A DNA stretch of 64,000 bases from Beijerinckiaceae bacterium (GCA_947476075.1 CANJPM010000003.1:434-64433), one strand, 5' to 3'; shown: positions 40,030 through 51,042, numbered from the stretch's first letter. A program made the numbers and translations. Notes: generated by a model from the letters alone, not told the origin.

Positions 40030-41499
40030 ATGGCAAAGGCGCGCACGAATTACGTCTGCCAGAATTGTGGCGCCGTGGCGCAGCGCTGGCAGGGCCGCTG
40101 CGAAGCGTGCGAGGCGTGGAATTCCATGAGCGAGGAAGCGCCCTCCTCCGGCATCGCAGCACGCGCCGTGCGCGGAGCCGGCAAGGGTCGCGTTTTTGCG
40201 CTTGAAGGGTTGCACGGCGCGCATCGCGAGGCGCCTCGTATTTTGTCGGGCATCGGCGAGCTGGATCGCGTCACTGGCGGCGGCTTTGTGCCTGGCTCCG
40301 TGATCCTGATCGGCGGCGAACCTGGGATCGGCAAATCAACGCTCTTGATTCAGGCTTGCGCGCGCATGGCTTCAGCTGGCCGTCGCGTCGTCTACATTTC
40401 CGGCGAAGAGGCTGTAGCCCAGGTGCGTATGCGCGCCACCCGGCTGGGGCTGGCGGAATCGCCCGTCGAGTTGGCGGCTGAAACGAGCGTCGAGGACATT
40501 GTCGCCACGCTTCAAACCGGCGAGCGTCCTGCCCTTGTCGTGATCGATTCCATCCAAACCATGTGGACAGACGCAGCCGAAGCCTCACCGGGAACCGTGA
40601 CGCAAGTGCGCACATCGGCTCAGGCGCTTATCCGCTACGCCAAGACCACGGGCGCCTGCGTCATAATGGTCGGCCATGTCACAAAGGACGGTCAAATCGC
40701 TGGTCCGCGCGTGGTGGAGCATATGGTGGACGCTGTCGTGTCGTTTGAGGGCGACGGCGGGCGCCAGTTCCGGATTTTGCGTGCGGTGAAGAACCGTTTT
40801 GGGCCGACAGACGAGATCGGCGTATTCGAGATGACGGGGGCCGGCCTGAGCGAAGTCACCAATCCATCCGCGCTCTTTCTGGCGGGCCGCGACGGCGCAG
40901 CGCCCGGCGCGGCTGTCTTTGCGGGCATGGAGGGCACCCGCCCTGTGCTGGTGGAAATTCAGGCGCTTGTGGCCCCAACCTCGCTTGGCACCCCGCGCCG
41001 GGCGGTCGTGGGTTGGGATCCGGCGCGGCTGTCGATGCTGCTCGCGGTGCTGGAGGCCCATGGAGGGCTCAAGCTCGGTCAGCACGACGTTTATCTGAAT
41101 GTGGCGGGCGGCTTGCGGATTGACGAGCCAGCCGCCGATCTGGCGGCTGCGGCCGCCCTTGTCTCCTCCCTCACCGGCGCCGTTCTGCCGGGCGATTCGG
41201 TATTCTTTGGAGAAGTAGCGCTCTCGGGCGCGATCCGGCCGGTCTCCCATGGCGGCCAGCGGTTGAAGGAAGCCGCAAAGCTTGGTTTCGTCGCCGCCTT
41301 TGCGCCTGCCGGACCGCTGGAGGGGCAGGAAAAAGGACCGCTCAGCGTCACGGCCTGCAGCCATATTGCAGCGCTTGTCGCTGACGTAGCCGCACGCGCC
41401 ACGGTCAAGGCGCAGACACGGGAGAGGACGCGGGAGGAAAGCTCGCCGGGAGGCGATCCGTCGCGGAATCGGCGCCGTCAGGAAGCGTTGCAAGATTGA
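40030..41499 (+). CDS. radA: DNA repair protein RadA/Sms
   Basis: CQNCG...CEAC Zn finger, GGEPGIGKSTL, VIDSIQT, KNRFG, EGTRP. Confidence 0.97.
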   Translation: MAKARTNYVCQNCGAVAQRWQGRCEACEAWNSMSEEAPSSGIAARAVRGAGKGRVFALEGLHGAHREAPRILSGIGELDRVTGGGFVPGSVILIGGEPGIGKSTLLIQACARMASAGRRVVYISGEEAVAQVRMRATRLGLAESPVELAAETSVEDIVATLQTGERPALVVIDSIQTMWTDAAEASPGTVTQVRTSAQALIRYAKTTGACVIMVGHVTKDGQIAGPRVVEHMVDAVVSFEGDGGRQFRILRAVKNRFGPTDEIGVFEMTGAGLSEVTNPSALFLAGRDGAAPGAAVFAGMEGTRPVLVEIQALVAPTSLGTPRRAVVGWDPARLSMLLAVLEAHGGLKLGQHDVYLNVAGGLRIDEPAADLAAAAALVSSLTGAVLPGDSVFFGEVALSGAIRPVSHGGQRLKEAAKLGFVAAFAPAGPLEGQEKGPLSVTACSHIAALVADVAARATVKAQTRERTREESSPGGDPSRNRRRQEALQD

Positions 41500-41679
41500 T
41501 TTGCGGTCAAAATCCAGAGTCGGCGGCGTTTTCTTTGTTGACGTAAAGCCAGGGCGCGGCGAACAGGGATGACGCTTTGGCTTTGCTTCGATATAAGATC
41601 GCTATCGACTCTCTTTTTTACTCGCGCCAGCGCCGATCTCCTTCGCGTTTGACCGGGCCAAAGTGCGGATCACATTTCA

Positions 41680-42264
41680 ATGCCCTCCTATCTTGATCTT
41701 GCCCTGATCGCCGTCGTGCTCATTTCCGGCGTTCTTTCGCTCTTGCGCGGTTTTACGCGCGAGGTGCTCGCCATTGGTTCATGGGCTGCGGCAGCTTTTG
41801 CAGCCTTTTATCTGCATCCCATCCTTCTCCCCTACGTCAAGCCGCACATCGCCAAGGAGAGCATCGCGCTCGCCGTCGCCATCGGCGCTGTGTTCCTTGT
41901 GACGCTTGTCATTGTCTCAATGATAACTGTGCGAATCTCGGACGCCATTCTCGATTCCAAGATCGGCGCGCTGGACCGCTCGCTCGGCTTCATCTTTGGC
42001 GCGGCGCGCGGCCTGCTCCTGTGCGTGGTGGCGTTTCTGTTCTTCAACTGGCTCGTACCGGAGAAAACGCAGCCCGACTGGGTGCGCGAAGCCAAGACGA
42101 GGCCCCTGCTTCAATCGAGCGGCGAAACGCTGATGGCCCTGTTGCCGGAAGATCCACTCAGCGCCTTCCAGCAGCGCATGAAGCGCAATCGCGAAGACGA
42201 GGTCGCGCCGGAAGAGCCGGAATTGCGGACTGCGCCAGGCGCCGCGCCCGGCAGGCGTTCCTGA
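41680..42264 (+). CDS. cvpA: CvpA (colicin V production) membrane protein
   Basis: RGFTREVL, LDRSLGFIFGAARG; directly upstream of purF. Confidence 0.92.
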   Translation: MPSYLDLALIAVVLISGVLSLLRGFTREVLAIGSWAAAAFAAFYLHPILLPYVKPHIAKESIALAVAIGAVFLVTLVIVSMITVRISDAILDSKIGALDRSLGFIFGAARGLLLCVVAFLFFNWLVPEKTQPDWVREAKTRPLLQSSGETLMALLPEDPLSAFQQRMKRNREDEVAPEEPELRTAPGAAPGRRS

Positions 42265-42369
42265 GCTTTTGAAGGCTAAATCTGCGCCTGCGCCGGGCTG
42301 CGCGCTGACAAAGCGTTTCAAAGGGGCTATGTAATCGCTACGGAATACGTCCCCGAGTTAGGGATTCGT

Positions 42370-43917
42370 ATGTGTTTTTCCGAGACGAGTTCGCAGGAGA
42401 CAGCCATGGTGTGCGCACACGGCAACGGACCTTTTAACGATGAGTCCGACCTGAATCTCGATCTCGACGGCGACACGCTGCGTGAAGAATGCGGCGTGTT
42501 CGGCATATTCGGGCATCCTGACGCCGCAGCGATTACGGCGCTTGGCCTGCATGCCTTGCAGCATCGCGGACAGGAGGCGGCGGGCATCGTTTCTTTTGAT
42601 GGAAAGCGCTTCTCCTCCGAGCGCCGCATGGGCCTCGTCAGCGACCATTTCTCCACCAAATCCGTCATCGACCGCCTGCCCGGCTCGGCTGCTATCGGCC
42701 ATGTCCGCTATTCCACCACCGGCGAGACGATCCTGCGCAACGTGCAGCCGCTATTTGCCGAGCTAGACAGCGGCGGCTTTGCGGTCGCCCACAACGGCAA
42801 TCTCACCAATGCGCTGTCGCTGCGTCGCGAATTGATCCGCGACGGCGCGATCTATCAATCGACATCCGACACCGAAGTGATTTTGCACATCGTGGCGCGC
42901 TCGCGCCGCCCGCGCATTCTAGAGCGTTTCATTGAAGCGCTGCGTCAGATTGAGGGCGCCTATTCATTGGTGGCGCTGACCAACAAAAAGCTCATCGGTG
43001 CGCGCGATCCGCTGGGCATTCGCCCCCTCGTACTGGGCGAACTCGACGGACATTACATGCTGGCGTCCGAAACCTGCGCGCTTGACATCATCGGCGCCCG
43101 CTTCGTGCGCGATATCGAAAACGGCGAAATCGTCGTGATCTCGGAAGATGGCGTCGAAAGCCACAAGCCGTTCCCGCCGCAGCAGCAGCGTCCGTGCATC
43201 TTCGAGTACATCTATTTCTCGCGCCCTGATTCGATCGTTCACGGGCGCTCCGTCTACGAGGTGCGCAAGCTCATGGGCGCGCAATTGGCGATGGAATCGG
43301 GCATTGACGCCGACATGGTCGTGCCCGTCCCCGATTCCGGCGTGCCTGCGGCGATTGGCTATTCGCAAGCGTCGGGCATCCCGTTTGAGCTTGGCATCAT
43401 CCGCAACCATTATGTCGGACGCACATTCATCCAGCCCACGCAATCCATTCGCGAACTGGGCGTGCGCCTGAAACACAGCGCCAATCGCAATGTGGTCAAT
43501 GGCAAGCGCATCATATTGATCGACGATTCGATCGTGCGCGGAACCACGTCGGTGAAAATCGTGCAGATGATGCGCGACGCCGGCGCCAAGGAGGTGCATT
43601 TCCGCATTTCCTCGCCGCCGATCACCCACCCCGATTATTACGGCATCGACACGCCTCAGAAGGACAAGCTGCTTGCGGCGCAGATGACGAAGGACGGCGT
43701 GATCGACATCGAGGGCATGTGCAAATATGTCGGCGCGGATTCGCTGGCCTTCCTGTCGGTGGACGGCATCTATCGCGCCATGGGCTATGAGGGCCGCGAT
43801 GCCGCGCGGCCGCAATTCACGGATCATTGCTTCACCGGCGATTATCCCACCGCCCTCACCGACATTGCGGGCGAGCCGTCCCGTCAGCAATTGTCGTTGC
43901 TGGCCGAAGCAGGCTAA
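42370..43917 (+). CDS. purF: Amidophosphoribosyltransferase (start may be ATG 42406)
   Basis: EECGVFG, LQHRGQE, GHVRYST, HNGNL, PVPDSG, DDSIVRGTT. Confidence 0.97.
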   Translation: MCFSETSSQETAMVCAHGNGPFNDESDLNLDLDGDTLREECGVFGIFGHPDAAAITALGLHALQHRGQEAAGIVSFDGKRFSSERRMGLVSDHFSTKSVIDRLPGSAAIGHVRYSTTGETILRNVQPLFAELDSGGFAVAHNGNLTNALSLRRELIRDGAIYQSTSDTEVILHIVARSRRPRILERFIEALRQIEGAYSLVALTNKKLIGARDPLGIRPLVLGELDGHYMLASETCALDIIGARFVRDIENGEIVVISEDGVESHKPFPPQQQRPCIFEYIYFSRPDSIVHGRSVYEVRKLMGAQLAMESGIDADMVVPVPDSGVPAAIGYSQASGIPFELGIIRNHYVGRTFIQPTQSIRELGVRLKHSANRNVVNGKRIILIDDSIVRGTTSVKIVQMMRDAGAKEVHFRISSPPITHPDYYGIDTPQKDKLLAAQMTKDGVIDIEGMCKYVGADSLAFLSVDGIYRAMGYEGRDAARPQFTDHCFTGDYPTALTDIAGEPSRQQLSLLAEAG

Positions 43918-43955
43918 AGGTTCGCGCGATTCCAGATCGCGCAGCCGGAGCGCTC

Positions 43956-44705
43956 ATGTCGAAACCCTTTCAAGATCGAATCGCCCTCGTCACCGGCGCC
44001 TCGCGCGGCATTGGCCGCGCGTTGGCGCTGGAGCTCGCGCGACAGGGCGCTCATGTGATCGCGCTGGCGCGCACACAGGGCGGGCTTGAAGCGCTGGACG
44101 ATGAAATCCGCGCGTTTGGAGGACAGGCGACTCTTGTCCCATGCGACGTCCGCGACGGCGAGGGACTTGATCGGCTTGGTCTGGCGATCCACCAGCGCTG
44201 GGGCAGACTCGACGCGTTCATCGGCAACGCAGCGGTGCTGGGGCCGATCACGCCCTTGCCCCACGTCGACCCGCCTCAATTTGACGAAGCAATGGCGATT
44301 AACGTGACTGCTAACTGGCGGCTGCTGCGTTCGCTCGACCAATTGCTGCGTGCGTCAGACGCGGGCCGCGTCGCGCTCATCACGTCAAGCGCAGGCCATT
44401 GCGCCGACATGCCCGCCTATCGCGGGATCTACGCGGCCACAAAGGCGGCGCTTGAGGCGCTTGGCCGCACCTATGCCGCCGAGACGCGCAATATCACAAA
44501 CGTGCGCGTTACTCTGGTCGATCCCGGTCGGGTGCGCACCCGCATGCGCACGCAATTGATGCCGGGCGAAGACCCGCAAACCCTGCCCGCGCCCGAGGAT
44601 GTCGCCCCGAAGATACTCGCCGCCTGCGCGCCGGACTGGACCCAGACGGGCGTTCTGTTCGAGGCGCAGAGCGGCGCAGTGCGGGCGTTCCAGGCCCCGG
44701 CTTAA
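43956..44705 (+). CDS. SDR family oxidoreductase (YciK-like)
   Basis: VTGASRGIG, YAATKAALE; usual position after purF. Confidence 0.88.
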   Translation: MSKPFQDRIALVTGASRGIGRALALELARQGAHVIALARTQGGLEALDDEIRAFGGQATLVPCDVRDGEGLDRLGLAIHQRWGRLDAFIGNAAVLGPITPLPHVDPPQFDEAMAINVTANWRLLRSLDQLLRASDAGRVALITSSAGHCADMPAYRGIYAATKAALEALGRTYAAETRNITNVRVTLVDPGRVRTRMRTQLMPGEDPQTLPAPEDVAPKILAACAPDWTQTGVLFEAQSGAVRAFQAPA

Positions 44706-44716
44706 GCGCCCGCCCC

Positions 44717-45418
44717 TCAGCCGCCCATATCAAACACGAGCGCTTCCGCCTCTGTATCGAGCGCCTTCACAACGATCTCGGCCTCGTCTGAGATCATCAG
44801 CCCGTCGCCCTCCGAGAGCCTCTCGCCATTCACCTCAAGGGCGCCGCGCGCAACCTGCAACCAGCCAAGGCGGGCGGGCGCGAACGCATGACGCACCAGC
44901 GCGCCGGGAGTGAGGACGGTCGCGTACAAATCGACGTCGGAATGCACTTTCACCGAACCCTTGCGGGCGTCGCGCGAGGCTACAAGGGCCAGCGCGTCGC
45001 GGCGCTCCTGCGCGAACGACTTTTGCTCATAGGATGGCGCAAGGCCTTTGGCCTCCGGCAGCAGCCATATCTGCAAGAAATGCACGGGCTCTTTGTCGGA
45101 GGCGTTGAACTCGCTGTGCCGAATGCCCGACCCCGCGCTCATGCGCTGCACGTCGCCGGGAGCAATCGTCGAGCCGGTTCCTATCGAGTCCTTATGTGCA
45201 AGCGCACCTTCAAGAACATAGGAAATAATCTCCATGTCGCGATGGCCATGGGTGTCGAACCCGCCGCCTGCCGCCACGCGGTCATCATTGATGACGCGCA
45301 GCGGGCCAAAGCCCATAAAGGCGGGATCATAAAATTCGCCAAAAGAAAACGTGTGACGCGAGTCAAGCCAGCCGAAATCGGCGCGGCCCCGTTCCCCGGC
45401 TTTTCTGATTTGCAACAT
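44717..45418 (-). CDS. Pirin family protein (YhhW-like)
   Basis: WLDSRHTFSFG, LRVINDD, THGHRDMEII, MSAGSGIRHSE, FLQIW. Confidence 0.93.
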   Translation of the reverse strand: MLQIRKAGERGRADFGWLDSRHTFSFGEFYDPAFMGFGPLRVINDDRVAAGGGFDTHGHRDMEIISYVLEGALAHKDSIGTGSTIAPGDVQRMSAGSGIRHSEFNASDKEPVHFLQIWLLPEAKGLAPSYEQKSFAQERRDALALVASRDARKGSVKVHSDVDLYATVLTPGALVRHAFAPARLGWLQVARGALEVNGERLSEGDGLMISDEAEIVVKALDTEAEALVFDMGG

Positions 45419-45620
45419 GTGAAGCTCCATGGCCGATACAAGTCTATATCGACTGTGCGGGACGGACCTTCAAGATGCGCGCTGCAAGAGGGCGTTTGCA
45501 AAGATGCAGGGGCGGCTCGCGCGTCATCCCGGTATTGCCGGGACCGCAGCAGGCTACGAGCGCGCGGCCTGTCGTGGTTGGATCATTGAGCGTGAAGCGG
45601 CGAGCGTCGCGGATGCAAAC

Positions 45621-47054
45621 TCAATAAATCTTGCGCTTGCCCTTGGTGCCGTAGGGATTGTCCTGCGTGCGCGTCGAGATGCGAATTGGCACGCCGGGCA
45701 AGTCAAAGGTCTGGCGCAGACCGTTGGTCAGAAAGCGCTGGTAGCTGGTCGGCAATTGATCGAGCTGGTTGCCGAAGATCACGAAGAACGGCGGGCGCGC
45801 CTTGGGCTGCGTCATATAGCGGATCTTGATGCGGCGACCCGACACTGCGGGCGGCGGGGTTCGCTCGACGACGCCGGTCAGCCAGCGATTGAGCTTACCG
45901 GTGGAGATGCGGCGGTTCCACGTCTCCTGCACGCGCATGATCGCACCCATCAGCTTGTCGAGCCCCGCGCCCGTAAGGCCGGAGACGGGCACGACGGGCG
46001 CGCCGCGAACCTGCGGCAGAAGGCGATCAGCCTCCTCGCGCAGCTCTTGCAGTTTCTTGCCCTGATCCTCGATCAAATCCCATTTGTTGAGGCCAATCAC
46101 CAGCGCGCGGCCTTCGCGCTCGGTCAGGTCGGCGATGGTGAGATCCTGCTTTTCAAACGGGATCGTGGCGTCGAGCAACAGCACCACCACTTCAGCGAAG
46201 CGCACAGCGCGCAGGGCGTCGGCTGTGGCCAGCTTTTCGAGTTTGTCCTGCACGTTGGCGCGGCGACGAAGACCTGCGGTGTCCCACAGCTTCATCTGCC
46301 GCACAGGCCCGTCGCCGTCGCGGCCGGCCCATTCGAAATCAACGCTGATGGAATCGCGCGTGAGGCCTGCTTCCGGGCCGGTCAGCAATCTGTCCTGCCC
46401 CACAAGGCGATTGATGAGCGTCGATTTGCCAGCGTTCGGGCGCCCAACCACCGCGATGCGCAGCGGCTTGGTGATGTCCAGCTCGGTGCCGTCCTCCTCC
46501 TCGCCAAAGACCGGACGAGTCTCGTTGTCTTCCTCAACCTCGATTTCAGGACCTGTGGAATCAGGCAAAGCGGCCAGCACCGCTTCAAACAACGAACCAA
46601 AACCGTCGCCATGCTCCGCCGACAGCGGCACAGGTTCGCCAAGGCCCAACTCCCAGGCGTCAAGCGCGCCCGCTTCACCCTGCCTGCCCTCGGCCTTGTT
46701 GGCGATGAGCACAAGCGGCTTGCCGGCGCGGCGCACCAGTTCGGCGAAATGCCGGTCCGTGGGGGTGACGCCGACGCGCGCGTCGATCACGAAGAAGATC
46801 GCGTCCGCAAGCTCAATGGCGGCCTCCGTCTGGGCGCGCATGCGGCCAGACAGCGATTCAACGTCGCCGGTCTCAAGGCCCGCCGTGTCGATGATTTTGA
46901 ACGACAGATCGCCGAGGCGCGCATCGCCTTCGCGGCGGTCGCGCGTGACGCCGGGACGGTCATCGACCAACGCCAGCTTTCTGCCGACAAGCCGGTTGAA
47001 CAGCGTCGATTTTCCGACGTTAGGCCGGCCGATGATGGCGATGGTGAAAGACAT
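45621..47054 (-). CDS. der: Ribosome biogenesis GTPase Der
   Basis: Two G domains ([20 protein letters not shown]), DTAG twice, C-terminal KH-like PIRI. Confidence 0.97.
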   Translation of the reverse strand: MSFTIAIIGRPNVGKSTLFNRLVGRKLALVDDRPGVTRDRREGDARLGDLSFKIIDTAGLETGDVESLSGRMRAQTEAAIELADAIFFVIDARVGVTPTDRHFAELVRRAGKPLVLIANKAEGRQGEAGALDAWELGLGEPVPLSAEHGDGFGSLFEAVLAALPDSTGPEIEVEEDNETRPVFGEEEDGTELDITKPLRIAVVGRPNAGKSTLINRLVGQDRLLTGPEAGLTRDSISVDFEWAGRDGDGPVRQMKLWDTAGLRRRANVQDKLEKLATADALRAVRFAEVVVLLLDATIPFEKQDLTIADLTEREGRALVIGLNKWDLIEDQGKKLQELREEADRLLPQVRGAPVVPVSGLTGAGLDKLMGAIMRVQETWNRRISTGKLNRWLTGVVERTPPPAVSGRRIKIRYMTQPKARPPFFVIFGNQLDQLPTSYQRFLTNGLRQTFDLPGVPIRISTRTQDNPYGTKGKRKIY

Positions 47055-47117
47055 GTGCTCCGCTCCGCGGCTAAAACTCACGACCGCGCCTGACTGGCTG
47101 CGGCCAACTTGCCGCGC

Positions 47118-47801
47118 TTACTTGTTCGGCGTTTCGCCGGATTTAATCTCTGCATTGCGCCCGCCCGCGACCAGCCCGAGCATGGTGCTGGCGCGTTCGC
47201 GAAGGCCTTGCGGCGCCTGGGGATCAGCTATGATCATGTCGAACCAGCGTCCAGCATTTTCAAGATCGCCGGCGCGCAGGGCCGACAGGCCGAGCAATTC
47301 GCGGGCTGAATGACGAAACGGCGCCGTCGGCGCGGCCAATGGCTCGACGCGTTGCTTCATTTGAACAGCGTCTGCGCTATCCACCATCAACAAAGCGGCG
47401 CGCAAACGAGCAGCGTTCTGGAGCACCGGATCGACCCTGGAATCGGCGGCAAGCGCATCGTAAATCTTGACGGCCTCCTCCGGGTCGCGGGCGCCGATTT
47501 CGGCGGCGGCGCGGAAGCGGGCAAGCATGGAATAACCGGGCGGGCCGGAACGGGCGATGTCGAGGAAAGCCGCCTCGGCCTCCTTGTCCTTGCCTTCGCG
47601 CGCCAGCTGAACGGCGGATTCGAACTGGGAGCCGGCAGCTTCCGCCGAAAGCTTGCGCTGATGCTCCCAAACGCGCCAGCCAGCCGTCGCCAGAACGATC
47701 AGAGCGGCGGCGCCAATAATCCATTTTTTATAGCGTTTCCAAACCTCTATGGCTCGGTCCCGGCGGTATTCCTCATCAACTTCGCGGATAAAGTCCGACA
47801 T
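47118..47801 (-). CDS. YfgM-like membrane-anchored TPR protein
   Basis: MSDFIREVDEEYRRD, single TM helix, helical repeats; upstream of der. Confidence 0.85.
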   Translation of the reverse strand: MSDFIREVDEEYRRDRAIEVWKRYKKWIIGAAALIVLATAGWRVWEHQRKLSAEAAGSQFESAVQLAREGKDKEAEAAFLDIARSGPPGYSMLARFRAAAEIGARDPEEAVKIYDALAADSRVDPVLQNAARLRAALLMVDSADAVQMKQRVEPLAAPTAPFRHSARELLGLSALRAGDLENAGRWFDMIIADPQAPQGLRERASTMLGLVAGGRNAEIKSGETPNK

Positions 47802-48062
47802 CGTGCGTCCGTTGGTCAGTTCAGGCTTCGACAGATCGCAGCCCATGTTCAAGCAGCCGTTAGCACGGAAAGCCGCAAAAAACGAGCAAAGAACGATTAC
47901 TGGTCGCTGAAGCCTTGCTATTATTCGCGACCCTAGAGCGCTTGTCGCGGCAATCGCTGGCGCATTGAGCGCGATTTTTTTGGCGTCACAGCCAGAGCTT
48001 GCTATCTTGTTCCCCGTAGATTTGCGGAGGATTCGGCGTATCGCCGGGGAAAGAAGCGTCGC

Positions 48063-49286
48063 GTGGCCGATGACAAGGCTCAAAAGCCCAATATTCAGAA
48101 GCCCTGGTCCGTACAGGGACCGATTTACGCCGTCGGGTTCTTCGCCAGCAGCATGACCGACGTCGCCTCCATCGTCCTGCCGCTGTGGCTGGCGGGAAGG
48201 GGCGCATCGGCGGCCACCATCGGCGTCATTATCGGGGCCAAGCACATCCTGCCGTTTTTCTTCGCCATTCACGGCGGCGCGCTGATGGATCGCTTTGGCG
48301 CCCGGCGGCTGATGGTTTATTGCGCGCTCATCAGCGTCGTCACATTGCCGATGTTTCCAATCGTCGGCTGGTTGCCGGCCGTATTCGCGTTGCAGATGCT
48401 GAGCGGCTTTGGGTCCGCGATGGGCTGGCTTGGCGCGCAAACTCTGTTCGGACAATCGCTGCGCGCAAACCATATTTATGCGGGCAGGTTTTCGTTCGCG
48501 CTGCGGATGGGCGGGTTTGTCGGCCCGCCGATTGCCGGTCTTGCCTGGGATCACATTGGAATCGGCGGCGGTTTTGGCTTTCTGGCGCTATGGGCCATGG
48601 GCACGGTCGTATCGTCTCTGTGCACACCGAAAATCGGCAGCGCGCCTGAGGCTGGCCAGCGTTTGCGGGCCGCCGACATCCTGCCGCGCATGGCTGACTA
48701 TCGCGCAGCTTTCCGGCTCGCCACGATTCCAGCGATGACCGCCGTGCTGATGGTGACGGTCATCCGCATCGCAGCCAGCAGCGTGCAGGATTCGTTCTAT
48801 CCGCTTTATCTCGTGCTGGCGGGCTTCTCCGCCACGCAGATCGGCGCGTTGATGACGATCTCGGCGGCGGCGGCAGCGGGCAGCTCGCTGCTTGTAAGCC
48901 ATGTCACGCGCTATATTCCCAGCATGTGGGCGCTTATTCTTGCTTCCGCCGGCTCGGTGATCTTCGTCGCCATGACGCCGCTGCTGTCGACGCTGACGTC
49001 TCTGACGATCGTAGCGCTGCTGCGCGGCCTTTGCATGGGCGTCAGCCAGCCGTTGATGCTCTCCATGCTCATCAACGCCTCCGGAGAGGGCTCGCAGGGC
49101 AAGGGCGCAGCGCTGCGCACCACCGCCAACCGCGCCGCCGCCGCATTAACGCCGGTCTCGATGGGGCTTGTCGCGTCCGCCACGGGGCTGGCCACCAGCT
49201 TCTTTATCGTCGGCGGCGTGCTGCTGGGGGCGCTGGCGATCATCAGCGCCTATCTCGCGCGGCGACCGGACATTGTGCGCGAGTGA
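48063..49286 (+). CDS. MFS transporter
   Basis: About twelve TM helices; GGALMDRFGARR motif A. Confidence 0.88.
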   Translation: MADDKAQKPNIQKPWSVQGPIYAVGFFASSMTDVASIVLPLWLAGRGASAATIGVIIGAKHILPFFFAIHGGALMDRFGARRLMVYCALISVVTLPMFPIVGWLPAVFALQMLSGFGSAMGWLGAQTLFGQSLRANHIYAGRFSFALRMGGFVGPPIAGLAWDHIGIGGGFGFLALWAMGTVVSSLCTPKIGSAPEAGQRLRAADILPRMADYRAAFRLATIPAMTAVLMVTVIRIAASSVQDSFYPLYLVLAGFSATQIGALMTISAAAAAGSSLLVSHVTRYIPSMWALILASAGSVIFVAMTPLLSTLTSLTIVALLRGLCMGVSQPLMLSMLINASGEGSQGKGAALRTTANRAAAALTPVSMGLVASATGLATSFFIVGGVLLGALAIISAYLARRPDIVRE

Positions 49287-49443
49287 GAGAGATTGGACCG
49301 CGCGGGGACGCGGGTGATCGAGAGCCAGGGCGCTCTTCCGACACGCTCCATGTGCAAGCAAACCCGGACTTGGCAAACGTTGCGTCATGGAGCATGTTAA
49401 GAAATTGCTTACGCTTTTTTTCACCCGTGAAGGGAGACCTATC

Positions 49444-49899
49444 ATGAAACCATTCGCCACAGGCGCAGCCGCCGTGCTCGCTGTTGTCATGCTGTCGCCT
49501 GCTCCGGCCGCAGCTTTCTCCGTCGGCGCCGGCCTCAATCTGGCCTCGCAGCTCAAGGCGGATCCGCTGGTGTCAGAAGTGCAATATCGCCGCCATGGCG
49601 CCCGTCGCTATGCGCCGCCGCCGCGGCGCGCTGTGCGTCGCAGTCGCGGCAATGGGCTTGCCGTGGGCCTCGGCGCCGCCGCCGTAATCGGCATTCTGGG
49701 CGCGGCGGCGGCTGCAAACGCAGCGCCTGCACAGCAGTATTATGGTTACAGCTCGGGCTACAATCCCGGCTATCCATCGGGCTATTACGCTGCGCCCCAG
49801 CCCGTTTATGTGCAGCCCGCCTGCAGCTGGCAGCGTCAGGATCTGTTCGATTCCTATGGCAATTACGCCGGCGTGCGCCGTGTAAAAGTCTGCCATTAG
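49444..49899 (+). CDS. Secreted Pro/Tyr/Gly-rich hypothetical protein
   Basis: Signal peptide MKPFATGAAAVLAVVMLSPAPAAA, Arg-rich patch, hydrophobic Gly/Ala helix, C-terminal Cys pair; AAGGGAG RBS. Confidence 0.7.
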   Translation: MKPFATGAAAVLAVVMLSPAPAAAFSVGAGLNLASQLKADPLVSEVQYRRHGARRYAPPPRRAVRRSRGNGLAVGLGAAAVIGILGAAAAANAAPAQQYYGYSSGYNPGYPSGYYAAPQPVYVQPACSWQRQDLFDSYGNYAGVRRVKVCH

Positions 49900-49988
49900 C
49901 TGAACTTCGTCCGGCGACGCCCGTTCACACTGGACTGGACTGCGGCGCTTCGGCGCCGCAAAATGCTGTCCTTGTAAAGGAGAGGCGT

Positions 49989-50963
49989 ATGTCGCAGCCA
50001 GACTGGAAAATTCCCTCCGGCTTGCAGCCAAAGGCGGAGGATTATTCTTATGATTTGGAATCCGCCCTCTCCTCGATGGTGACGCTAACCTCGCACATCC
50101 CCGAAGACGCATTCACCGCAGAGACGCTTGGCGTGTTGCGCGCGGGCCACGGCGTGATTATCCGCGAAGACGGATTGATCCTGACCATCGGCTACCTGAT
50201 CACCGAGGCTGAGGAGATCTGGCTGACGACGAACGACGGCCGCACTTTCCCCGGCCATGTGCTCGCCTATGATCAGGAGAGCGGCTTCGGGCTGGTGCAG
50301 GCGTTGGCTCATCTTGACTTGCCCATGATGCTGCTTGGCGATTCATCGCAGGCCAAGGCAGGCGACCCGATCGTGCTTGCAGGCGCTGGCGGGCGTGAAA
50401 AATGCGTGGCGGCGCGTATCGTCTCGCGTCAGGAATTCGCCGGCTATTGGGAATACGTTCTAGACGACGCCATCTACACGGCTCCAGCCCATCCAAATTG
50501 GGGCGGCGCCGCATGCATCGACGAAAGCGGCGCGCTGATCGGCATCGGCTCGCTTCATCTCGAACAGGGCGCGGAGGGCGGCAAGAAAGGCCATCTCAAT
50601 ATGGTCGTGCCTATCAATCTGTTGAAGCCGATCCTCAACGACCTCGTGACGCTTGGCCGCCGCAGCACGCCGCCAAAGCCATGGCTTGGGCTCTACGCCT
50701 CCGAGCTGGAGGACCGTGTGGTCGTCGTCGGCCGCAGTCAAAGAGGCCCTGCGCGCCGCGCCGATCTGCGCAACGGCGACATCATCGTCGCAGTGGCGGG
50801 AGAGCCCGTGGCGACGCTGGCGGAATTGTATCGCCGCATTCAGGCGCAGGGCGACGCCGGCTCAGAAGTGCCTCTCACCATTCACCGCGACGGGCGATCG
50901 TTCGACGTGTTCGTACAGTCGAGCGACCGCACGAAAATGTTCAAAGCGCCCCAGCTGCATTAG
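49989..50963 (+). CDS. HtrA/S1C trypsin-like fold + PDZ protein, catalytic residues apparently replaced
   Basis: GHGVII, VLAYDQESGFGLV, PNWGGAA, KPWLGL, GPARRADLRNGDII. Confidence 0.85.
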   Translation: MSQPDWKIPSGLQPKAEDYSYDLESALSSMVTLTSHIPEDAFTAETLGVLRAGHGVIIREDGLILTIGYLITEAEEIWLTTNDGRTFPGHVLAYDQESGFGLVQALAHLDLPMMLLGDSSQAKAGDPIVLAGAGGREKCVAARIVSRQEFAGYWEYVLDDAIYTAPAHPNWGGAACIDESGALIGIGSLHLEQGAEGGKKGHLNMVVPINLLKPILNDLVTLGRRSTPPKPWLGLYASELEDRVVVVGRSQRGPARRADLRNGDIIVAVAGEPVATLAELYRRIQAQGDAGSEVPLTIHRDGRSFDVFVQSSDRTKMFKAPQLH

Positions 50964-51042
50964 GCGCCCCGCCCCCATTTATTAACAAACGGTAAAAAGG
51001 GGCTATCGCCCCCGCCCCGCTCCCGGTAACGTGGCGGCACGC

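Noticed and set aside
45429-47093. 554-aa + strand ORF
   Set aside because: Antisense shadow of der in GC-rich DNA; no recognisable motifs.
46084-47313. 409-aa Ser/Arg-rich + strand ORF
   Set aside because: Alternate-frame shadow of der with composition typical of non-coding frames.
47802-48554. Long N-terminal extension of the YfgM-like ORF
   Set aside because: Overlaps the MFS gene in antisense; family homology begins at MSDFIREVDEE (47801).
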